Part shown: positions 50,201 through 59,200 of the stretch, in pieces
Position numbering within the stretch: the stretch's first letter is position 1
How the letters are laid out: every line of letters starts with the position of its first letter
Assembly (NCBI RefSeq): GCF_964355755.1
Contig: NC_092673.1
Span: forward strand, 17,295,648-17,359,647
Direction of reading: 5' to 3'
Length of the DNA: 64,000 bases
DNA from: Antedon mediterranea
Lineage: Eukaryota; Animalia; Echinodermata
Translations under genes and position numbers: made by a program
The notes under the pieces: model-generated
Told to the model about the DNA's origin: nothing
What the model saw: only the letters and a program-made list of their open reading frames with translations
Databases searched by the model: none

Positions 50201-53200
50201 TCCTGCTTACGAGTCTGTTATCCTTATTATAGGGAGTGGGGAGGAGTTGCTAGAACCATAAAACCCTCCTGCTTACGAGTCTGTTATCCTTATTATAGGG
50301 AGTGGGGAGGAGTTGCTAGAACCATAAAACCCTCCTGCTTATGAGTCTGTTATCTTTATTATAGGGAGTGGGGAGGAGTTGCTAGAACCATAAAACCCTC
50401 CTTCTTACGAGTCTGTTATCCTTATTATAGGGAGTGGGGAGGAGTTGCTAGACCATAAAACCCTCCTGCTTACGAGTCTGTTATCCTTATTATAGGGAGT
50501 GGGGAGGGGTTGCTAGACCATAAAACCCTCCTGCTTACGAGTCTGTTATCCTTATTATAGGGAGTGGGGAGGGGTTGCTAGACCATAAAACCCTCCTGCT
50601 TACGAGTCTGTTATCCTTATTATAGGGAGTGTGGAGGAGTTGCTAGAACCATAAAACCCTCCTGCTTACGAGTCTGTTATCCTTATTATAGGGAGTGGGG
50701 AGGGGTTGCTAGACCATAAAACCCTCCTGCTTACGAGTCTGTTATCCTTATTATAGGGAGTGGGGAGGGGTTGCTAGAACCATAAAACCCTCCTGCTTAC
50801 GAGTCTGTTATCCTTATTATAGGGAGTGGGGAGGGGTTGCTAGAACCATAAAACCCTCCTGCTTACGAGTCTGTTATCCTTATTATAGGGAGTGGGGAGG
50901 GTTTGCTAGACCATAAAACCCTCCTGCTTACGAGTCTGTTATCCTTATTATAGGGAGTGGGGAGGGTTTGCTAGACCATAAAACCCTCCTGCTTACGAGT
51001 CTGTTATCTTTATTATAGGGAGTGGGGAGGGGTTGCTAGAACCATAAAACCCTCCTGCTTACGAGTCTGTTATCCTTATTATAGGGAGTTGGGAGGGGTT
51101 GCTATAACCATAAAACCCTCCTGCTTACGAGTCTGTTATCCTTATTATAGGGAGTGTGGAGGGGTTGCTAGACCATAAAACCCTCCTGCTTACGAGTCTG
51201 TTATCCTTATTATAGGGAGTGGGGAGGAGTTGCTAGAACCATAAAACCCTCCTGCTTACGAGTCTGTTATCCTTATTATAGGGAGTGTGGAGGGGTTGCT
51301 AGAACCATAAAACCCTCCTGCTTACGAGTCTGTTATCCTTATTATAGGGAGTGTGGAGGGGTTGCTAGACCATAAAACCCTCCTGCTTACGAGTCTGTTA
51401 TCCTTATTATAGGGAGTGGGGAGGAGTTGCTAGAACCATAAAACCCTCCTGCTTACGAGTCTGTTATCCTTATTATAGGGAGTGGGGAGGGTTTGCTAGA
51501 ACCATAAAACCCTCCTGCTTACGAGTCTGTTATCATTATTATAGGGAGTGGGGAGGGTTTGCTAGAACCATAAAACCCTCCTGCTTACGAGTCTGTTATC
51601 CTTATTATAGGGAGTGGGGAGGGGTTGCTAGACCATAAAACCCTCCTGCTTACGAGTCTGTTATCCTTATTATAGGGAGTGTGGAGGGGTTGCTAGACCA
51701 TAAAACCCTCCTTCTTACGAGTCTGTTATCCTTATTATAGGGAGTGTGGAGGGGTTGCTAGACCATAAAACCCTCCTGCTTACGAGTCTGTTATCCTTAT
51801 TATAGGGAGTGGGGAGGGGTTGCTAGAACCATAAAACCCTCTTGCTTACGAGTCTGTTATCCTTATTATAGGGAGTGTGGAGGGGTTGCTAGACCATAAA
51901 ACCCTCCTGCTTACGAGTCTGTTATCCTTATTATAGGGAGTGGGGAGGGTTTGCTAGAACCATAAAACCCTCCTGCTTACGAGTCTGTTATCATTATTAT
52001 AGGGAGTGGGGAGGGTTTGCTAGAACCATAAAACCCTCCTGCTTACGAGTCTGTTATCCTTATTATAGGGAGTGGGGAGGGGTTGCTAGACCATAAAACC
52101 CTCCTGCTTACGAGTCTGTTATCCTTATTACAGGGAGTGTGGAGGGGTTGCTAGAACCATAAAACCCTCCTGCTTACGAGTCTGTTATCCTTATTATAGG
52201 GAGTGTGGAGGTGTTGCTAGACCATAAAACCCTCCTTCTTACGAGTCTGTTATCCTTATTATAGGGAGTGTGGAGGGGTTGCTAGACCATAAAACCCTCC
52301 TGCTTACGAGTCTGTTATCCTTATTATAGGGAGTGTGGAGGGGTTGCTAGACCATAAAACCCTCCTGCTTACGAGTCTGTTATCCTTATTATAGGGAGTG
52401 TGGAGGTGTTGCTAGACCATAAAACCCTCCTTCTTACGAGTCTGTTATCCTTATTATAGGGAGTGTGGAGGGGTTGCTAGACCATAAAACCCTTCTGCTT
52501 ACGAGTCTGTTATCCTTATTATAGGGAGTGGGGAGGGGTTGCTAGAACCATAAAACCCTCCTGCTTACGAGTCTGTTATCATTATTATAGGGAGTGGGGA
52601 GGGGTTGCTAGACCATAAAACCCTCCTGCTTACGAGTCTGTTATCCTTATTATAGGGAGTGGGGAGGTGTTGCTAGAACCATAAAACCCTCCTGCTTACG
52701 AGTCTGTTATCCTTATTATAGGGAGTGGGGAGGGTTTGCTAGAACCATACTTACTTACGAGTCTGTTATCCTTATTATAGGAAGTGGGGAGGGGTTGCTA
52801 GAACCATACTTACTTACGAGTCTGTTATCCTTATTATAGGAAGTGGGGAGGGGTTGCTAGAACCATACTTACTTACGAGTCTGTTATCCTTATTATAGGG
52901 AATGGGGAGGGTTTGCTAAAACTATAAAACCCTCCTGCTTATGAGTCTGTTATCTTTATTATAGTTTTACTAATGTGTACACATACATTTTTATTTTTAG
53001 CCAGAAAGAAAGCATACAGACATTTGTCAAAGGTAATTTTCTTAATCTTATGTTGGTGAGTTAAGGATCATAAATGAATTTACTTTTTATTTTATTTCAC
53101 CACCACACAAGTCAAGTCAGTTACAACGTTGAACAATAGAAAATGATCAATAGACATTTATTTAAACATATATAACTCAATCAAAATATCTTATGTCTTA

Positions 53201-56200
53201 AGCTGCTATTAGCTTTGATATCTTAATTCCTCTTACCAGTAGTAGTACTATCAGAATCATTATTGATAATCTATACATTGTTACAACATGCTGCTACTAG
53301 CTGTGATATCTTCATTCCTCTTACCAGTAGTAGTACTATCAGAATCATTATTGATAATCTATACATTGTTACAACATGCTGTTATTAGCTGTGATATCTT
53401 CATTCCTCTTACCAGTAGTAGTACTATCAGAATCATTATTGATAATCTATACATTGTTACAACATGCTGCTATTAACTGTGATATCTTTATTCCTCTTAC
53501 CATTAGTAGTACTATCAGAATCATTATTGATAATCTATACATTGTTACAACATGCTGCTATTTAGCTGTGATATCTTCATTCCTCTTACCAGTAGTAGTA
53601 CTATCAGAATCATTATTGATAATCTATACATTGTTACAACATGCTGCTATTAACTGTGATATCTTTATTCCTCTTACCATTAGTAGTACTATCAGAATCA
53701 TTATTGATAATCTATACATTGTTACAACATGCTGCTATTAACTGTGATATCTTTATTCCTCTTAGCAGTAGTAGTACTAGCAAAATCATTATTGATAAAC
53801 TATACATTGTTACAACATGCTGCTATTAGCTGTGATATCTTCATTCCTCTTACCAGTAGTAGTACTATCAGAATCATTATTGATTATCTATACATTGTTA
53901 CAACATGCTGCTATTAGCTGTGATATCTTCATTCCTCTTACCAGTAGTAGTACTATCAGAATCATTATTGATTATCTATACATTGTTACAACATGCTGCT
54001 ATTAGCTGTGATATCTTCATTCCTCTTACCAGTAGTAGTACTATCAGAATCATTATTGATAATCTATACATTGTTACAACATGCTGCTATTAGCTGTGAT
54101 ATCTTCATTCCTCTTACCAGTAGTAGTACTATCAGAATCATTATTGATAATCTATACATTTTTACAACATGCTGTTATTAGCTGTGATATCTTCATTCCT
54201 CTTCCAGTAGTAGTACTAGCAGAATCATTATTGATAATCTATACATTGTTACAACATGCTGCTATTTGTTACAACATGCTGCTATTAGCTGTGATATCTT
54301 CAATCCTCTAAACCAGTAGTAGTACTATCAGAATCATTATTGATAATCTATACATTGTTACAACAAGCGGCTATTAGCTGTGATATCTTCAATCCTCTTA
54401 CCAGTAGTAGTACTAGCAGAACCATTGATAATAGCTGTGACATCTTGTAAAGTGGATAAATATTTTTTATTTTATTTGCAGACGAAAGTTTGCCAAAAGA
54501 AAGGAGAGGAAGAAAAACGGATCAAGGTAATTGATTGAAATATGTTGGTAAATAAGTAGAGAGAGAGAGAAAATAAAAACAAATTTAATATTTACAACAT
54601 CTCAAACTGGTTTTGATTAGAATTGGGGGAAACATCTCTTGGTATCTTTATTTCATTTTAATCCTTAACCATAAAACATACAAAACAAATAAAAATCCAT
54701 AGCAGCCAAAAAAGCTGAATTAGGGATTTGTTACAAAGGCCAAATTTTTACAAATTATAAATTTCACATATTTTTTTTCAAATAAATATTATAAATATTA
54801 AACAATTTAAAAATTACACATAAAAGCAAGCAAAAGGCACAAAGAAGCGTTTTGCTAAGAAAAAAAACATGTAAAGTCATTGTTATTTAAGAATTAAGCA
54901 GACAAGTTAGATATAGAAGAAGCGGTCATTTATTATATCTGGATAATGAGACACCAAATTGTCCATATAATGCATTTTATCATATTTTAACTTTTAATCG
55001 CTTTTTAAAGATTTTGTGCAATAATGTGTGTGTTCTATATTTTAATTTTTTGTTTTTTATCGTACTAATATTTGCCAATCTTTAAGAAGAATTTCTATTG
55101 TTATTTTATTATGATAATGGACAAATAAAGCTTTTCAACATTTCATTAATTTTTCATTTGCAGGAAATACAATGGCAGATTCTGAAACTTTGAACAGTTT
55201 CCGAGACCTAAAAGGTGGTCTCAGTGGGTACTTTGATGGTGAAAGATACCATTGGCTGAGGTTCCTACTATTTGATCAATTGGATGTCGGGGACCTTACA
55301 AATAAAGATTTCAATGGACATGACTTACTCAATACACTTGAAGACAAAGGTTTCATCTCAACAACCAATGTTAACTTGCTGTTAGAGATTACAAATACAT
55401 CTGAAATCCAACAGGCCAAAGATCTTGTATCAAAGTATATGACAGACAACAACATTCAGAATAGACATACTGGTAAAGCTAAGTTGTCACCTTACAGAAA
55501 GCGACTGTTCAAGGCCCTGAGACAAGTTGACTCAGATGCATTACGTAATGTTACTGCTTACTATAAATTGACAAAATATAACTTCTCCAATGTATGGGAT
55601 GCAGTTCTCTATCTGGAGAATGATAAACAATTAGTAGATGATTTTGACAAAATACAGAGGTTTGCAGAACGTCTTGGTGGAATAGCAAGGAACATACTAC
55701 TTGGTAATGGTATTTAATATTCTTACAAAACTATTCCAAAGTTAATTGTAATGTAACTCATGTAATTCATATCTTTCATTTGTTTTAAAATTTTACATGA
55801 TTTAATTTCAATCATTGTTTATATACTATACAAGTTGATAACGTATTGATTATTTTATTTATTAACTGATTATGTAGTCAGTCAATAGTGGGAAGAAAGA
55901 GACTGAATATGACAAGATAGTGATAATAAAGACATTGCAATACTAATATAGGATAATGTCATAAACACAAAAATATGTTGATGAAGAATTTGGAATTTTG
56001 TAATTTGGAAAACTGATTATAGATATAGAAAATGTAACTCAAAATTGTGTTTGAAAATTGTAAATACTGGACTAACTAACAACAACAACAACCCCCCCCC
56101 CCCCCCGCCCCACTTTTGGCTGGCTGACCCCTCCCCTGGGGGTAATCTATAAGAAATTTAGAAAAATGAAGCTGCTAGGTCTCCGGAAATTGCACTTATA

Positions 56201-59200
56201 CATTGATATGATACAAAATTACCATGGTTGGGGTTGTTGGGGGTGAGCTAAGAAAATTTTGAAAATTAGAGCTGTTAGGTCCCCGGAAACTCTATGGTTG
56301 GGTCTGAGCTAAGACAATTTTGAAAACTAGAGCTGCAGCTCTACAAAAATTACACTCATACATTGAAAATGGTGGAGGGAAAATTTGAAAATGTGAAAAA
56401 TTCATATTATTAAATTATCTGTTTTAAAAACAAATTCACTGAAATAAATGTAAATGTTTGTGTATATTAAATGATAAATAAGTTATTGCCATCGGTCACA
56501 ATTTAAATTCCCATGTTATTAAAATAATACTAATGACAATGGCAGTAAAATAAGAAATAATTGATTATACTTACTTGGATAAAACATGCAAAATTGTATT
56601 ATTTCACAAGATTCCAAAAAAAACCCTACTTTTTTTCACAGATGTGCAAGATGGTTCAGTGACCTCTGCATTACCACAGTCTGATATCCAAGGCAGTCAA
56701 CAAGGTATGATCCACTGGTTAATTCCAGAGGTTAATCATCTAAGTGGTTACATTTTGAAATAAAACTTAAAAGACATATAATATAACTGTAGCACATTTT
56801 GAGTTATTCAAACTGTATACATTTTAGATGAAAATGTATAGTTATGTTACTCTCCAAAATGAACATAAAATGTATAGTTATGTTACTCTCCAAAATGAAC
56901 ATAAAATGATGAACATAAACAGTCATTTATTTGTGTGTCACTCGTACAAAATAAAAAGCTTTGTCATTAATTTGTAATGTATAACTAACTGTCTTTTTTG
57001 TATTTTTGTTGAACAGAATTAACAAAGCTATTAGCATCAGATTCACCAGTTACTGTTAATGAGAAATTAAAAACACAAATGAAGAAAGTGATGATTGAGG
57101 AACAGGAAAGAAAACTTGAAGCAGAGAGCGGTGAGTTAAGGATCATAAATTAATTTACTTTTTATTTTATTTCGTCACCACTTAACAGTGACACAAGTCA
57201 AGTCAATTACAAAGTTCAACAATAGAAAATGATGAACATATTTAAACATAATTATATAAACAAAATCCAAAGCAATCTTAAGCTGGCCTTCAATATACTG
57301 TTTAACGTATACTAACAATAAATGTCTTTTCTGGATGTTTTTATTGACCAGAAGTGACAAAGCAATTTCCATCGGATTCATCAGATACTCTTAGTGATGA
57401 ATTTCAAACACAAGTAGTGGAACAGGAAACTAAACCTGAACCAGAGAGTGGTGAGTCTCATAAAATATTAGTTGTATTATTATGGTTAAACTAACTTTAA
57501 ATGTGATGTTATAGAATGGATTTTAGCTACATTTTTTTTTTATTTCAACATTTATAAAAAAAAGAATGTCTTTAAACAGAATTAGAAAAAAATGCTAAAT
57601 TCATACATTTAAACGGTTGATAAGGTAAATGACTTATTTAACTAATCTTTAAAACAACATGTCTTTTATTATTTAGTCAAGAATAAAAGCTGATACACTG
57701 AACAATATCTGCATAAATACTGTCATGATATTTATATATAAGTTGCTGTGACACTTACAGGCCACCGTACTTTGATCACACAAACAAAACATATTCATTA
57801 TGGTCGGCAATGTATTATCAGGGAAGAGTTAAATTACAATTTAACTCAATTGTAATTTAACTCTTCCCTGGTATTATCAACAAACTTAAAAATAAGAGAT
57901 AGTCCTCTATCCATTGTAAATAGAACAGTTTATATTTCATCAAAGAACGTATTGTTAATCAATCATATTTTGATATGCTTGCTCTATAAAATTCAACATA
58001 TCTGCATAAATACTGTCATATTTATATATAAGTTGCTGTGACACTTACAGGCCACCGTACTTTGATCACACAAACAAAACATATTCATTTAATGGTCAGC
58101 AATGTATTATCAACAAACTTAAAAATACGAGATAGTTCTCTATCCATTGTAAATAGAACATCAAAGAACATATTGTTATCTTAATCTATAAATTCAACAA
58201 CAGATTAATTATGATTGGTCAAAGCTCTCTGTGAAGCTGTCAACATCTTGAAATTAGCATGCAACATACAAATACATTGCAAAATAATAACAAATTGATA
58301 TTAATAATCAAATTAGGGTGTGGTACATTGTGTAGGTCTATGGTACAGGGCTCAGGTGGCAGGTTTTTACTTTACTTGCCAACTAATGTTTATTTTTTTC
58401 TTGTATCAATTTTCTAGTTTTTTATTGTAATATGGTCCCCTAATGCTATTTTTTTGTAATATATTTATAGACCATAAATCAATTTTTAAAAATGAGGTTC
58501 TGCACATTGAATTTATGGTTTTCAGGCCCGTAGCCAGGGGGGTTTTTTGGGTTTGGGCGAACCCCCCCTTTTGCGCGAACCCCCCTTTTACCAGCGAACC
58601 CCCCCTTGAAAAACAAAGGCCCCACTTCCAAAATCGTGCAATTAATTATCAATTATATCAGATTTTTTAGTCATTTTACTTCTATTGACTATGTTTAAAT
58701 CGATCGAATATACAGATTGTCCGATGTCAAAGTCGCTGCTGAGCGTGAGATCGAGAGAGATGATGATTATAAATATGACAGAAAAATGGACTGACCAATC
58801 GCGTGCTTCGGCCGGGCTTTTCGGAACGCACAAGATCACGTTCAGTTCAGTTCAATCTTTTTGGGGATTTTTATTTTTTTCCTGGAAATATTTTTCATTA
58901 AACCAAAGAATTTCACTGTGTAAACTTGAATAAAAATGGTGCTGAGTTAAATTGGTACGTGTACGTAGGCCTACCGTATATTTCGGTGTATAAGACGCAC
59001 TTTTGACACGCAAATTTGACCTCTAAATGTTACCCTAATTAATTTAATTACCTACTAATATTTAAATTAATTAAAAATAGTGTACTACTCTGCAATGTAG
59101 GCCTAGCTAGTTACTCACTCCTGTCTAACCACAGTGTGATAACAAGTTTATTGAATTTTTAGTTAAGGTAAATTGTCATCCTCAACTGTATTAATTAATA

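Larger units (their letters stand above)
46990..53055 (+). repeat. Intragenic duplication, copy 1 (4 linker exons); copy 2 at about 56990-61263
   Basis: Colinear exon and intron similarity between the two regions. Confidence 0.9.
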
